NCBI RefSeq assembly: GCF_032062105.1
Contig: NW_026935501.1
Location: forward strand, 1 to 64,000
Reading direction: 5' to 3'
Origin: Saccostrea cucullata
Lineage: Eukaryota
Length of the DNA stretch: 64,000 nucleotides
Made by a program: the position numbers and the translations under genes. Under the pieces are notes generated by a model. That model saw only the letters and a list, made by a program, of their open reading frames with translations. It was not told the origin of the DNA and searched no databases. Shown here in pieces: positions 1 to 15,802 of the stretch. Every line of letters starts with the position of its first letter. Position 1 is the stretch's first letter.

Positions 1-2823
1 CCTCATAAGAATTTAAAGAATATGTCTTCTTATTTAAAAAAAAAAATCTATCAAGGAAGCATTGAACTGAACCAAACTTCTCAGTGTTCACCTAACATTT
101 TTGAAGTCTTAAAGAACAAATGCAAACAATAGATAATTTCTTCAATTCCTGATTAATGATGCATATTTAAGTTCGATGTTGCGAAAATTTCATGTAAGTA
201 TCTCGTCAGAATTTTAAGCAAAGTGTCAAAGACATGAAGTACCCTCAAAATGAAAATTCACACACAAAAAAAAAAAAAACTTTATGGAGTAAGACCACCA
301 CTCACTTGTTACTACAAGACTGTAACTACAGTTGAATATCAAGTACCGTCGAATAGGATATTAACCTATCTGCTGCCACACCTACTGCCTAGATATTTCC
401 AAACCTTTAAATTGCGTGGTGCAAGGAAAAAGAAAGGGGGGGGGGGCTTTGACATTTCTGATAAATTTTCAAATGTGATCAATGGGATTCAGATGCGGAC
501 ATTTCACAGTGTATCAGCACACAGCTGCCTTTTGGTCAATATTCTAGGGTGTTTAGCACGTAAGTGGCCACCGCTTTAAGGGTACCGGTAATTCAGACTG
601 CTAGAGCTGAAATAAGACTGTCACGAGCACCGATTTCTTATCATTTTTGTACCATTGAAATTGTTTGTTTTCCTGTTTCTTATATTGTTTCAAGACAATA
701 TAACACTCTTTTAACCTTTTGTGTTGCCAAATTTTGGCCTCAGACGAAGATCAAGGTAACTTCCAGCTAGGTTAAATTTTGTCAAACACGTTCAAATTGT
801 GATAAATTTGTGACGAAAAATGATGCACAGCCTATAGGAAAATGTGCTTAAATGGGTTTTTATTCTGTTTTTTTTTAAAGTGATATCAAGCACAATTAAA
901 CACTAAAATAAAAGTTAGTAAAACGTGGTGCAAGGAAGATCCAGATATCAACATTCCAACGGCCCTACCTTCTATATCAATTGCAATTTTGCCAATGTTT
1001 TGTGTTTTTTAGTGAAACCAGTTTTTTTTTAAATTTGATAATGATCACAAAAGATGCTAATTACATAAAACACGTGCCGCAAAGTACAGATTTATTGTTT
1101 TTAAGCTTTGTCACGGAACATTGGTTTTCATCGGTGATATTTGATTTTCTTTCAACAATTGTTCAGAAGACTCATTTGTTGTAATAATTTGAAAATATCA
1201 TACCATTCTATAAAATAGTTTTGAAATAAATACATTTATTAAAGTGAACACTTAGAAATTTTGTTGAGTGTATTGTGTGATGTTCGTAAATGCTCCTGTT
1301 ACGCCATGCAATGAAATGCATGCATATTAGACTTCTTGCGTGTTCAACATTATATATACACGGTATATGGCATCTTTTTTTCATAAAGATAGTAGGGAAG
1401 ATGCAATAACATTTCAGTAGACAAATCTTAATTCCAACTGCCTCAACCCCACCCCCCTCCTGAAAAAGAAAAACTGGCACCCTTATTCCTTTATATTGAA
1501 TGACTTATCAATTAAGATTGGTGTTGTCATGAAAAAAAAAATCTTCATTTCAATTTCATTCATCCTAATTGAATAAGATTTGAACGTAAAAGTCAGATAA
1601 ATATAATATAACATGCGTGTAAATTGATGCGCCTACGGTTCGAAGGAGAATTCTCAAAAGGTCAGCTATTTTAAATGAAGCAGAATAAATTTGACGTCCA
1701 TCAAAGCCAGTACATGATTTAGCACATCTGAAAAAAAAAATGATTTCACATATAACACAATTTAAAATTAAATAACTCTTTGCGTATGAATGGCAAAGGA
1801 AAATATCTCCGCACGTTGAAAATTGAAGATATCAAAATGTTATTCATAAAACATAACTTCCTGACTTTTGAATACATCTCTTATTATTTATTTTCTGTTT
1901 AGTTTCTGCTATTTTTTTTCTCTCTCTCTCTTTTGGAGCATTTGTAAATAAAAAAAATAATAGAATTTAATTTTACTTTAGTATAAATACATCCTATAAA
2001 CTTGGTGAAAGAGATTTGAAATTTCGGTAGTTATACTTACTTATTTGGACCTTCAAGAAGATAACAATTCACAAATATGCAAACATAATTCAGAAATGTA
2101 ATTTAAACTAGGAACAAATAAAACAAAAATATATTTTGTCATCTCACCCAAGCAAAACTTCTCGCTTCTTTGATTAACAGCAAAAGATTAATAGAATTTG
2201 AATATAAAAAGGGCATTTATTGATAAAATGAAGAACCTTTTAATGCAGTACAATACTTTTTATAAGAAAAGTTAATAATACCCCATGAGCAAAATCATGT
2301 TAATGTACTTTGTAAATGTTTTATAAATATAAAATGTTTATTTTACTGAAGTAATTTTTTTTATTCACACGTAATAATTGTATATTATTTAACTTTCCGT
2401 TGTTGTATCTTTCATGATAATTTGATTGCATCATCTGTCATTTTCTTTCCTCCCGTATTATCTGCAACTGTATACAAAATAATGAATATTGATTTCTCGT
2501 AATACATATAAAATCTACTTCTAGTGTACACATATTATTGATTCTTTTATTGCAATATAAATGTTTACAATCATTGTTTGACGACACGGTTTATGAAAAT
2601 GTCAAATAAAGTTCAAGAAATTAAAAGCAAATGTCCTTAAAAAAATAACCACTTATGGAGCACACATTCTTCTTAGGTATATATCAATACTTATCCAATA
2701 ACTAAGTATATTGATAATATATTGGAAAATGTTGTATGTCAAAAATGAAATAAATTTCTTCTTATACTTAATAGCAAAATTATTAAGGATACGACATGGG
2801 ATGCTATAAACATAATCATCGTC

Positions 2824-2862
<39 letters not shown>

Positions 2863-4205
2863 TTTTCACGAATTGATTATCCTTTTTTTGGCCCGCATAA
2901 GGAAATGAAATGAAAGAAATCTAATCCTATAGCGATTGTTCTACCCTAATTACTATATACATGTATACCTACATACTGTTTTATGGGTATATTTTATGCA
3001 CATAGCGTACGGATTACCCCACTTTCACTGATACTAAAATTATAAAATAGGAATACATATGTTTACGTTTACTTATTTTCCTAATGCCTCAAGCTTACAT
3101 TATTTTTTTTTTTAATTTAAGTCATGAAATTCTATTCAATTAATAACCATGACTGACTCAACGAAATAAAGTGATTGCTTTCAGCCTCTCTGTGCTTTCA
3201 TTAATTAATTTATGTCTTTTCATGTTACAAAAGAAAAAGAAAACCTTTTATGCGACAAGAAGAATAACTCTACATGATTTATATCGTCAAGTTTTAATTC
3301 AAGAAATTTAAACAATTGTACTCTATTTTTTATATAATTTGTTGTTTTGATTTCAGTAAAAAAAAAATATCAGTCAATCAAATTGGATATCTATAATAGT
3401 TTTCAGTCCAAAAAATCATACACACTCTTTATAAACTTAAAAATACATCATATTTGGCTTTAGATTATAATAATAAAAAAAAAGAATAAAATTTTAACTC
3501 TTGCCCTCTATTTACACAGAATCATGTTTACACAAAAATAGCGCTGTTTTTATTTTCTACTTTCAGAGAGATTTGCGATACACTGTAATTATCTTCCTGG
3601 CATTTAAATATTTATTTACTGCTGTGGAAATACCCAATGCATTTATTTCAACGTAATGTCAAGAGGCCTTCAGATTGCATCAGTATCCTTGTTGAGTTGG
3701 ATTGTTACAGATAAAATACATAAAAGCTCATCTTCCGAATGGTTAAAATGTAAAAGACGGAAAAGGGGGAGCAGTCATTAAATCCTAAATTTGTTGTCTA
3801 TGGAGATCTTAAAAATTAAAGGTACTTTCTCTTTTTTTCTGAAGCAAATATGAATACATTCGGATTGTCGCTGTCGGAAAAGGGGAAAAAAATCAGTTGA
3901 TGAATATGCATCTCTAGAATACCAAGCATAAAATTATTTAATTTTAATTGTAACATGCCATTTGATTGGATAAAAGATCTTTTTGCATCCTATAGGTTGC
4001 CTACCTCATGATATGTTAAGTCAAAAACATATTGCCCCCTTTGATGTTACTTTTAAAGCTCAATTTGAAGCCATTGTTTAAGGACCAAAGAATGTTTATC
4101 GTCTATACTGAAATGAAAAATAAAAGGATTGAAGCTTTTTTTTAACCTGTGTTATACGTATACGCTTTCCCTAACCGCTACGCATTTGATGTAGTTATGT
4201 TTCAG

Positions 4206-4458
4206 CATTGGCGTCGGAAGGAAATTGCAAATTGCAAGTGTGTGTGTGTGTGTGGGGGGGGGGGGGGGGCTATTCGAAAAGGGGGGTATGTGTGTGTGTG
4301 TGGGGGGGGCTATTCGAAAAGGGGGGTATACCAACAAAAAAGGAATATCCCAATTTTCAATGCCTATAAAATTTCTATTTTAAGTAATTTTGCAAAAAAA
4401 AGTTGGAGGGGGGGGGGGGGGGGGCTACACCCCCAAGCCCCCGGTTCCGACGCCTATG
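4206..4458. mobile_element. MITE, TIR CATAGGCGTCGGAA family
   Basis: cattggcgtcggaa ... ttccgacgcctatg; empty site in the paralogous intron near 37505. Confidence 0.85.
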
Positions 4459-5157
4459 TATAGTGTATACCATAGATTAAAATAAGTCATATTCCTTAAA
4501 TGTTATCATAGATATTTCAGCATATTGACAGAGGCTCGTTGATGTGAATTGTTGTACATGAAAATTTATATAATTTGAAAACGTAAATTGTGAGGTTGGA
4601 AACACCTTTACGAATGATGTATTATCTGTTATAAGACATATATGCCTCATATTATTTATATCATTTGACAGTTTTGATCGCCATTGATTTGGAACCTTTG
4701 AAATATGTTCCCCTGGGATTTTTGGATCAGAGGTTTTGAGATGCTTCCCAGGATTTGTCAATGTGAGTGGCTGGTGTTTCTCTTTCCACAAAGAACCAAC
4801 GTCCATATTGAATTGTGCTGTAAATCTAAGATCATATTGACCATTATGTACAATGTACAATGTACATATATAAGTGTTTATAAATTTGTATAATCTAAAT
4901 ATTGATGAATCGTAATTTGACACCGAATATCGAAAAACCCTAAACATACTCTAAATCTCAAGTAAAACACTAGAATATTTGATTTTAGATTGAAACACCC
5001 CCCCCCAAAAAAAAGAAGAAACTCATACGAATCTAAAAATATATTAAAGGAAAATTGCTCAGTAATTACCAATAGCAACATATATACTGGAAATGAAATA
5101 GTTTTTTTTTTGTTTCAGAGATGGACTTTTTCAACATATATCAAGAAAGAGAATTAG

Positions 5158-5225
<68 letters not shown>

Positions 5226-5424
5226 CAAGGGAAAATCATGACTTGAAATATTTAAGGGGAACGTGTTTATCATTAAATCCTTGGAAAAGCTTTTGTTCTG
5301 AATAGCTAGCTGCAGAACTGTAGCTCTCTGAGTAAGAAAAAGTGAACGTAAATCAAAAGCTGTATGGATCTCTGCTACAACCCTCTGACAGACCTTACCT
5401 ACATCATGCTGTAACATAAACAGC

Positions 5425-5812
5425 ACCTCTATCACATTAACAGTAAGTCTATTACAATAACGGGAACTCTTTTACATTAACAAGAACTGTTTAACATTAT
5501 CAGGGACTCTATGTCATTAACAGGAACTCATTACATTAACAGGAACTCATTAAAGTAACAGGAACTCTATCATATTAACAGGAGCTCTTTTAGATTTACA
5601 AGAACTCTATAACATTTACAGGAACTCTATTACATTAACAAGAGCTTTATAACATTTACAGGAACTCTACCACATTAACTGGAACTTCTGACATTAACAG
5701 GAACTCTATTATCTAAACAGGAACTCTATTATATTAACAGTAACTCTATTATTCTTACAGGAACTCTACTACATGAACAAGAACTCTATTACATTAACAG
5801 AAACTCTATAAG
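5425..5812 (+). repeat. 20-bp minisatellite (ACAGGAACTCTATTACATTA)n in pseudogene intron 3
   Basis: About 19 diverged units ending at the exon 4 acceptor. Confidence 0.92.
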
Positions 5813-8800
5813 ATTGCTCAGAAGGAATGAGACATTGAGGCTGACAAAAACTGTAAGTATTATGGTTTAATAACCCCCAGATAAGAAAAATAACTCTTAC
5901 ATGGATATGTTTTTGGGTGTTCTTTTCTTGAATCAAGTAAAATTGTAAATTTTGTTAGTCTATGAATGATTTAATCAAAAAATAGATTTTAATCGAAAAA
6001 TTCTAAAAAAGTAAAGTTTACATAGAGACAAAGATAGATCAGATACTAGAAAAAAACATTCTTGCAATGAATCAAGAAGCCTTCCTCTCAAATAAAGACT
6101 TAGGCACTCCAAGTTATTTTTTCGATATCAAGCGCCCGCCTGCACCTTGCGTTTTAAAAAAAACAGCTATACCAGATATAAACAACAACAACAACCAAAA
6201 AAAATTGTTTATTCGGGAAAAAATGATTGCAGTTGCTAATTTTTCCACATTTGAAAACATGATGAAATGAATTTCTTCAGGCTAAAAATTAATTATTTTA
6301 CTTATTAAATTTTAATAATTTTTATTTTCATTTATGTCATACGACAATAATTTTTTTGACCTGCTAATTTCTTTTTCTCGGGATCTGGTGCGAACTTGAG
6401 TATGAAGTTTTTGGAAAGTTTAAACATTTTAAACTGAATGATGGTAGTAAATCTGAATTTCCTGATATGAAAGAGATCGGATCGAACATTTTTACATCTA
6501 TAAAATATAAAGTATATTTTTCATATAACTACTTGTATTTCAGACTTAAAGCTTATTTCTCATATAAGGAATGCATAAGCAAAAAGGCATTTCTTTTAAA
6601 TTGATACATCAGATATACATATATAAACCCCTTCACTTATGTTAGAGGTTCAAATATAAAATCTGTCTCTTATAGAATGATAATTATTCATAAGCTAATA
6701 CACACTTTATCTGTAAGTGCTTTTATGGATTGACACTTTGAACCTCTCTTAAACACAAAAAAAAAGATTCAATTGTTTTAAAAAATACGTATTCTCTATA
6801 TTGTAAAAAAAAAACCTGAAGTTTGGAGTACATTTTATATCATGGTAAAATACTATGCTTGCAATGTAAGGACAATATTCTAAATTCATTTTTTCTCTTT
6901 CCAGCTTGTGCAGATTTTATTAAGCATGGTGTAAAAAGTTCTAAATATAAACACATCCCTAATGTTAAGGAATGTACAGTAAAATAAAAATTGCATTGTT
7001 TAGATTTTTCAAGTTACATTTCACAAACGCCAAACATATAATATTTTAACGAGAGCGAGTCTTATTATTTCTGACTCAGGGATTTTGAAATTGTTTACTG
7101 TTATATTTATTGTTTTAAGACTAAAAAAATAAAATGCCTACCGTCCCGATTTCTTTAAGGGTCATCTCAAATGTTTATTTTTACTATTGAACCCTATGGG
7201 AAAATATTGGAAAAGCGCCAAATAACTTTTTTCCATATTTTTGTATTTCTGCCCTAGTTATTTCTTTTTCATTCAAATAGATAGAAGATGTAGTTAAAAG
7301 TCACCAAATTGTGAAATTTGGAAAAAAAATTGACCATCTCTATTGGTCTAGGAATTAATTACTAAGTTTATTTTTTCAAAGTCCAATACCTCTAAATTTG
7401 CCACTTTACGGTATAAATACATTACGGTATAAATACATATCAGTGCAGATGAATCATTGGTGCATAATTTTTACGGTAAAAATAGCAACTTTTGGATTCC
7501 TTGTATGTTTCTTTGGATGACCTGTCAACAAGTTTAAGTATAATATCCATGGACGTCTTGAATATACAAACGTCATTCTTCAGTGTCATGCATTAATTAC
7601 AAAATCGGAAAATGTTGACGTCGTTAAAGCCATATCAGCATTTTTTCCTTATTATTATTGGAAAAATCACCCTTTTGGACCAGTTAGGGTTTTAGATAAT
7701 GTTTATTTTGTAGTTAAATTAAAATATTTGGCTAAGGTGTATTGTCGCACAAATTATTGCATGAAATAAATAACCTGCGCCAAGTCATGCGCACTTTAAA
7801 TACACTCGGCCTCGTTAAATATATTTACGCAGGCAATACAACACATAACACAAAAATACACTGAGAGGTTGTATACAGAACTCTTTAATGTGCAGTATTT
7901 AGAGCATCCTTAATGCTAGACCTCTACCATTTAGTTTTCATTCAGTGAAACATATGGAGAAAACGAACAGTATTCAAGATTCATATAATAATACGAAATA
8001 GGAGTATAGCAAATATAGTATAATTTCACTGACATTGCAGATATCTGATTGCTATACTAGTAGTTAAGTTAACCAAGAAAGCAGTTAAGATTATACAAAA
8101 AAAATATGTGTTCTTGACCTCTGTTTCGTTTTCTTGATATTATCTTGTACATGTAAGATTCCTCTAGGTCCTCTCTGCCACACCAGAGAGCAAATCTGAC
8201 CCCGCCTCCAGGATTCACCATTAAATCTTCGTCACTTCCGGGAGCGGGGATGGGCGCATGAGCGGAGACCTTTGTTCCGAAGTTCACGATCCTCGGTGTT
8301 TATGAAGGACTTATTCACACTGTAGACAAGAAGGAGGATTTTTATTCATGGCAGGTAAAATCATACAGAGAATCAAACAAAATAAAAACAAAAATGAAGT
8401 TACATATTTAAGTTACATATTCCTAGTCTTCTGTCGGTGAAACATGATGGACAAAAGGTTTCCACTGTTTTCGTCCCCCGCCTGTCGGCCTGTTTATCCG
8501 TCCGTCTAGCTGTCCCTATCCTTTCGTCCCCTGCCTGTCGGCCTGTTTATCCGTCCGTTTAGCTGTCCCTATCCTTTCGTCTCCCGTCTAATGCAACACT
8601 CTCACAATGCTTTATTATTTTTTAGATTCTTTTAATCCCTAAATATTCATTACCTTAAAGTAGTTTTGATCAATATTGATCTGATTGTGTTAAAGTATTG
8701 AATATACACTGTATTAAATATTCCGAACTAAAATTAAATCTTAAAAATTAGGATCTTATTGTGTTCAAAAGTAGATAAGCAGGGGACCGATGGTACTTAC

Positions 8801-9110
8801 AACATAGAGGCAGAAGATCCGGCCTGTAGTAACTGGTTACGATTCGTTAATTCTCCCGCCAAATATCAACAGGAAAATGTCATCCCTATCACGTGCGAGG
8901 GCATTATCTTCTATATGACGTCACGTGGCGTAGAACCGGATGAAGAGCTTCCGGTCTGGTATGGGGATGGATATGGGAGGTTTTTAGGCGTAAACCGCAT
9001 ACATCCGGGTAATTGAACAATATAGTACATCTAGCTAATACATTTTATAGTTAACTGTTTTCATTCGGGTATGTAAACAATCTACTTATCAAGTAATTTT
9101 ACCATATATA

Positions 9111-9689
9111 CTCGATTCTCATTATATCGCGGGTTTCATTGTATCGCGGTATATTCCAAAAAATCAGATACATAGCTCATATGCTTTTTGTTGAAAAAAT
9201 ATCAGTCTGTCATCTCAATGTAAATTTTTGTGATGATTAAAAAGTATGGAAAACGCGTCGGAAAAAAAATTTCAAATAAAACATAATTTTACAGAAATCA
9301 ATCTCCGTTTTTATTATTTTTAGCCCGCTGAGTTTATAACCTAGTAAAATCCATATATAAAGTTCATGTTTAGAAAGTCTTTAGTTTGTATAATTGTTTA
9401 TTTTCTTACGTAAAATTACATGGTAAAATAAAAAAAATAAGAATTGAAGGCCATGTCAATCTCAAGTTTCCACGTTTTCCCATAACCGCGATACTATGAG
9501 ACTCTCTAGTTTAGGAGTTAAAAATAGACTACAACTAAGACGATGCAAGCTTGGGAAATAATTTGATACTAAAAAGTAGGCCATAGTTTGCTTTATCAAT
9601 ATCATTTGATGAAAGTTAAATTAAAAAAAAAATCAAATTACACTTTTTTATGCAAAAGATTTAAGTACCGCGATGTAATGAGACACCTG
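9111..9689. mobile_element. TA-flanked MITE (Tc1/mariner-like) in pseudogene intron 7
   Basis: Inverted ends tctcattatatcgcgg / ccgcgatgtaatgaga, TA on both sides; empty site catatacaatgt near 41411. Confidence 0.75.
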
Positions 9690-12600
9690 TATACAATGTA
9701 GTCATTAATTTTTTTTATTACATGCTGTTGTTCCTTGGGAGGTTTCAAGGGGTAAGCCTGGGTAATAAAACAATTTATTCATAACATGCTTTTATTTAAA
9801 TGAAATGAATACAATATTTTTTTTCAAGTTTCTCTAACTTGCCTTTGAATACAAATAGATACTCTTTCATCAAAAAATAATGCAGACTATATTCAAACAC
9901 CTTTGATAGATAGTGAGATATTTTTTAGCGTTCTACAAATCTGATTTTAAATTTTTGAAATGAAGAAAACAAACTTCACATTGGATCTGGAAAGCATATT
10001 TTCTTAGTGTATCAAAATTGTAAATTATTAATTTCATCCAAACAAGTATTCTTGGACTCGAACACTACCAAAGGCACTTATTTTCCTTTGTTCTTTAAAT
10101 TGAATTGTAGATTTGCCTTCGTTTTATTATGCTCATTAGAAAATTTTCTATTTTTACATATGCTACCACGCAAAAAAGGATACGCTCCCTTTCAATGTCT
10201 TTTTAATATGTATACAACAGATCAAATTTTATCAATTTTTAGAGCCACAGGATGTTAAGCATCAAGTCATGACGTATAGGCGGTGTTTCAAACAAACATT
10301 CTAGACAAGATACTATTAATCCTTATTCATAAAAGTAAAATATAGGTTTTTGAGTATAATATAATTTTTTTCTTGTCCTTTTTTGTAGAAGTTGATCTCA
10401 ACGGTTCTTTTGCATTTCGTGCCAATGTTTTGACATTTGACAACAATGAAAGACTTATTTTTGATAGCTGGAAACCTGTGACGTATCAGAACTGGAATCC
10501 TAACGATGAGGGCGAGACAGCAATTGACCCAATCTTTGGCCTCCTTTTGACTTATCATAACGACAGCAGGTGGCGCTGGGTGACTGAGAAACTACACGTA
10601 CTATACAGGAGAAGACGGACTAAAACGTCCCTTTATTTGTGAGGATTCTCCATTTAATTTGGAGCATGAAGAGTATTCTGTTACATAATGATTCATTCTC
10701 TTTTAATTAAAATAAACATTTGTAACCATTATCTTTTGTTATATGATTTCATTAACAGTGGTGTATAAAGTTCTAAATCATTCAATGGAGTATTCTTAAG
10801 TTAAGGTATATTCGTCTCCTCGGAAGTCAGCTAGATTTATCCTCGGATCGTATATTCGTCTCCTCGGAAGAGATCTAGGTTCATCCTCATGTTTTAAATA
10901 AACTATGAATAGCATGTACACAAAGACAGACAGTACATTAAATATATTCTGCTGTGGGGGTCGATCCGTCTGTCTGTTTGTTTGTGATGTTTCCCTGATT
11001 TATCGGTAAGTGGGGAAATGAATTAGCACTGACTAAATGACGAGACTACTAACACAGTATAAAACTTTTTGTAAGAAAAGTAAATATCTCCATCAGCAAA
11101 ATCAACTTAATGTACTTTGGTTATCTTTTGTACATAAAAACTGTATATCTTATAGGAGGAAGGTTTTTACTGACAATCAATACATGTATACTATTAAATC
11201 AAAAATAAACTTATCCACCTATGTCTGAAATTCAAACAGATAATGAGATTTGAACCCATGGATTGAATTTCTTCATGACAGCGTCCAAACCTGCAAGCTA
11301 TGGAGAGTAACGGAGTTTTGGGTTAAACAGAAAGTTAATGTTTTGTCATACCTACTTTATTCGCCAGATCTTTCAACCTTTGACAAAGGGTCATACGGAA
11401 AATTGTTCTGACTTCTAGAAACAATTTTGAATTGAATAAAAATATCATGGACGGGTATTTTATTTAAAGGAGAATATTTAAGTAAAATCATCAAGACTAA
11501 ATCAAAGTTTTTCTTTTTGGTTTCTTCCCGAGTACCGATGACATGATTTATTGAACAGCCAACGTACGGTCTGAAACGGAAGACTTCAATAAGAAAAGAA
11601 ACTGTAGAATCATGCACTATAAGATCTAACGTTGGAAACGGAAGATCTTAATAAACAGTAGAATTACAATAAGGTTTTACGACTGGAAAGGAGACCTTAT
11701 CAAGAAACAGAATAAAAACAAACTTCGCTTGGTCAGCAGACCTGGCATTTAATTTAAGTTCAAACTTGTAAAAATCTTCAGACGTATATAAGTAACGTGT
11801 GTATCACATGACATGACATCTGATGTGGGTATGTAGTTTCACTGGTACTGAGGTGTTTGTGACCTTCAAGTTTCCTTTGGCTGATTAAGGTGGCCCTGAC
11901 ATAAATACATATTATTCAAATTATCCAATATATTCCCTAGGCTTCTGAAATTCTTAGATGATGTTCACAATTTGTAAATTTTACAAAACCACTCAGTCGG
12001 GGTTTTCTATGAAAATGATCAGGACATGTTGACATTCGTAACGAACCACTGACTTTTTGGCGATTGGCGCAAATCAAAGAAAATTCAACGAAAATGTATT
12101 TATTTAAATAGATTAAGGTCCAACAATACTCAAATTGATAAAGTAAACAATAGTTTTCCTTCACTGTAATTAAATACTGGATTTGCAGTTGACTTGTAAT
12201 AGACCCATTTACGACGTAAAATGCTGAAAAAAATCACCCTTAAGCCAATAATCACGTGACCAATGTTTTCTTGTATCATCATCAAAATAAATGTATGATT
12301 GGTGGACTTTTATAGGTCAGTTTGTACATAGACATTGAGGTTTGTCATTGTCTGTTTTCTGTATCTATAACTTCCTTTGTACAATCAATTGTTTGAAGAC
12401 ATTATTTTCTTTATATCTACAAATATTCTATGAGTAATCTATTTTGCTTTTTATTTAGCATGGTGACTTTTTCCCCAAACGGGATATTTTTTTTTTCTTT
12501 TGCGACAGAACACAAAATACAATCATCTTGCTTCATCATCTTTAAATATTTACATCAAATAAACACAACAAAGAATAATATGAAGATACATGCAAACCAT

Positions 12601-13039
12601 TTCAGTGAAATCGGTAAAAGGAATGGACACATAACGTGTTCATCTTTTATTAAAATATAATTATGTAAATAAGAAGCTATGTAAGCATACTCTTCCATGT
12701 CAGAAAGCTTTAACTCAGGTTCTTGTGTCACTTTTTAAGTTTACTCCTTTGTTTTATTATTTCTCAAATTTTCGAAGCTCGTCGATATTCCTATCCTTTG
12801 AGAATCACTGACATTCGATCTTACTTCTAATTAAGTATTTTAACATTTTCCACGATTAAATCTTTTTTTTTGGAAATAAATATTTATCTTTTTTTAATTC
12901 CAAGTAGGGAATGATATGTTAAATTTTCTAACTCAAGCACCAAATGAATTTAAATTCTACCATCAGGAGCAGAACATATGTTAATATCTAAAACACTATA
13001 GTTGTACCCAGATGTCCATGACGAGCGAACATCCCTCGT

Positions 13040-13390
13040 TAAAAGAAGGATATAGAGATAACGAACAGCATTTAATCTCAAAGTCCATTAAACAATATAC
13101 AAAATAAGAGCAGAGCAAACAAGGACCTCCAAAACTTCAGAGGTGGGATCAAGTGCCATGGAGGAGCGAGCATACCAATTCGTATTAGTCCATTATTTAC
13201 ACACTAATTGACGACGGATTATCCCATAATTTCCAGATCATCACAAAGAGGAAAGGATCGGTTTGTACGGTCGGCAGAAGATGATCATTCCTAAATGGCT
13301 CCCGATCTATGAATTTTCAGAGGTCCGTGTTTTTGATGCTCTGTTTGGTTAATGGAATTTTGAGCTTGAATATTGTTCGTTATCTCCATA
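13040..13390. mobile_element. Two oppositely oriented fragments of the same Penelope-like 3' region
   Basis: gaggtgggatcaagtgccatggaggag near 13140 is close to the reverse complement of ctcctccatggcacttgatcatacctc at 63974-64000; a more decayed plus-strand copy follows. Confidence 0.55.
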
Positions 13391-14189
13391 CAATTCATCT
13401 ATCTATCATATCCAATTGCAAAAGTAAAAGTATGTAAAAATAAAAGTATGTATATTTAAAATTTAACTAGTTTAATAACAGGACCAGGGTTTCCTTCACT
13501 TATCAGGAGATTGGTTTAAAATTTAAAAAAAAATTCCCATTATTTGTTTGAAGTTCGGCGAGTTCAGGACATATGCAAATTAATTGTGCAAAGTTACGTA
13601 TTAGAGCTACAAGTTTCAACATTATAACATCTTGATATCTGTCAGATCTCAAAAATAAATTAGTAAATATTTACATTGTATTATTTTAGAGTGAATTAAA
13701 TTTTATGAACTTCTACTTCTTTTTTTTTCATAATAACTTCTTCTTGTTTCTATTCCCTTGAGGTTTATTAAGGATCTACAAAAATATATTAACAGGATAT
13801 GTCTTTTTTGTTGAATCTTTATTAATTACATTTAAGTCTCCATTATATCCGCATTAGATTTTTGTCTTTGATTATAATTCGACTTGTTCCACTTGTTTAA
13901 AGGTTTATTTAAATTGTTAAATTACAAAGCTGCGCTCGCCAAAAGCGTCACACCGTAAAAAAATATAATGTATAGATTTCATTAATTGTGACAAATTGAT
14001 GTAAGTTCAATTTGAAACATAAGATAAACGTTATCGTATTAGTAAGTAGAATGCAATATTATTTTATTTTATCACGCAATGAATGACAGTTTAGAGTTCA
14101 AGGGAGTTTGGGGATATGTTTGAGATGTATTGACTTATCAAAAATATATTTTTAGATAAGCATAAAGATGCACTACCTTTAAATACTTT

Positions 14190-15766
14190 CCTCATAAGAA
14201 TTTAAAGAATATGTCTTCTTATTTTCCAAAAAAAAAAATCTATCAGGGAAGTATTTTGTAATGTTAGTAAATGCTCCTGTTACGCCATGCAATGAAATAC
14301 ATGCATATTAGACTTCTTGCGAGTTCAACATTATATATACACGGTATGTGGCATCTTTTTTTCATAAAGATAGTAGGGAAGATGCAATAACATTTCATTA
14401 AACAAATTTTAATTCCAACTGCCTCAACCCCCCCCCCTCCCTGAAAAATAAAAACTGGCACCCTTCTTCCATTATATTGAATGACTTATCAATTAAGATT
14501 GGTGTTGACGGGAAAAAAAAATTCATTACATTTTCATTGATTCTAATCGAATAAGATTTGAACGTAAAAGTCAGATAAATATGATATAACATGCGTGTAA
14601 ATTGATGCGCCTACGGTTCGAAGGAGAATTCTCAAAAGGTCAGCTAATTTAAATTAAGCAGAATAGATTTGACGTCCATCAAAGCCAGTACATGATTTAG
14701 CACATCTGAAAAAAAAAAGATTTCACAAAAACACAATTTAAAATTAAATAACTCTTTGCGTATGAATGGCAAAGGAAAAAAATCAAAATGTTATTCATAA
14801 AAAATTAGCTTCCTGACTTTTGATCCCATCCCTTTTTATTTTGTTCTGTTTAGTTTCTGCTATTTTTCCTCTCTGTTGAAGCATTTGTAAATAAAAAAAA
14901 TAATAGAATTTAATTTTACTTTATTATAAATACATCCTATAAACTTGGTGAAAGAGATTTGAAATTTCGGTAGTTATACTTACTTAATTGGACCTTCAAG
15001 AAGATAACAATCCACAAATATGCAAACATAATTCAGAAATGTAATTTAAACTAGGAACAAATAAAACAAAAATATAGTTTGTCATATCACCCAAGCAAAA
15101 CTTTTCGCTTCTTTGATTAACAGCAAAAGATTAATAGAATTTGAATATAAAAAGGTCATTTATTCATAAAATGACGAACCTTTTAATGCAGTATAATACT
15201 TTTTATAAGAAAAGTTAATAATACCCCATGAGCAAAATCATGTTAATGTACTTTGTAAATGTTTTATTAATATAAAATGTTTATTTTACTGAAGTAATTT
15301 TTTTTTATTCACACGTAATAATTGTATATTATTTAACTTTCCGTTGTTGTATCTTTCATGATAATTTTATTGCATCATCTGTCATTTTCTTTCCTCCCGT
15401 ATTATCTGCAACTGTATACAAAATAATGAATATTGATTTTTCATAATACATATAAAATCTACTTCTATTGTACACATATTATTGATTCTTTAATTGCAAT
15501 ATAAATGTTTACAATCATTGTTTGACGACACGGTTTATGAAAAAGTCAAATAAAGTTTAAGAAATTAAAAGCAAATGTCCTTTAAAAAATAACCACTTAG
15601 GGAGCACACTTTCTCCTAAGGTATATATCAATAGTTATCCAATAATTAAGTATATTAATAATATATGAGAAAATGTTGTATGTCAAAAATGAAATAAATT
15701 TTTTCTTATACTTTTTAGCAAAATTATTAAGGATACGACACGGGATGCTATAAACATTATCATCGT

Positions 15767-15802
<36 letters not shown>

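Larger units (their letters stand above)
3656..10688 (+). pseudogene. Full-length pseudogene of the CTLD-PR/SET gene
   Basis: Exon remnants 3656-3710, 4672-4815, 5119-5156, 5813-5852, 6905-6969, 8158-8354, 8771-9008, 10389-10688. Lesions: exon 1 donor GT>AT, +2 frameshift and about 320 bp deletion in exon 2, TGG>TGA at 5828 and 8259, exon 5 donor GT>GA, +2 in exon 6, exon 7 acceptor AG>AA, -2 in exon 8. Confidence 0.92.

Noticed and set aside
11885-14182. Possible TTAA-flanked (Kolobok/piggyBac-like) element from ttaaggtggc to actacctttaa
   Set aside because: The ends match for only a few bases; no convincing TIR.
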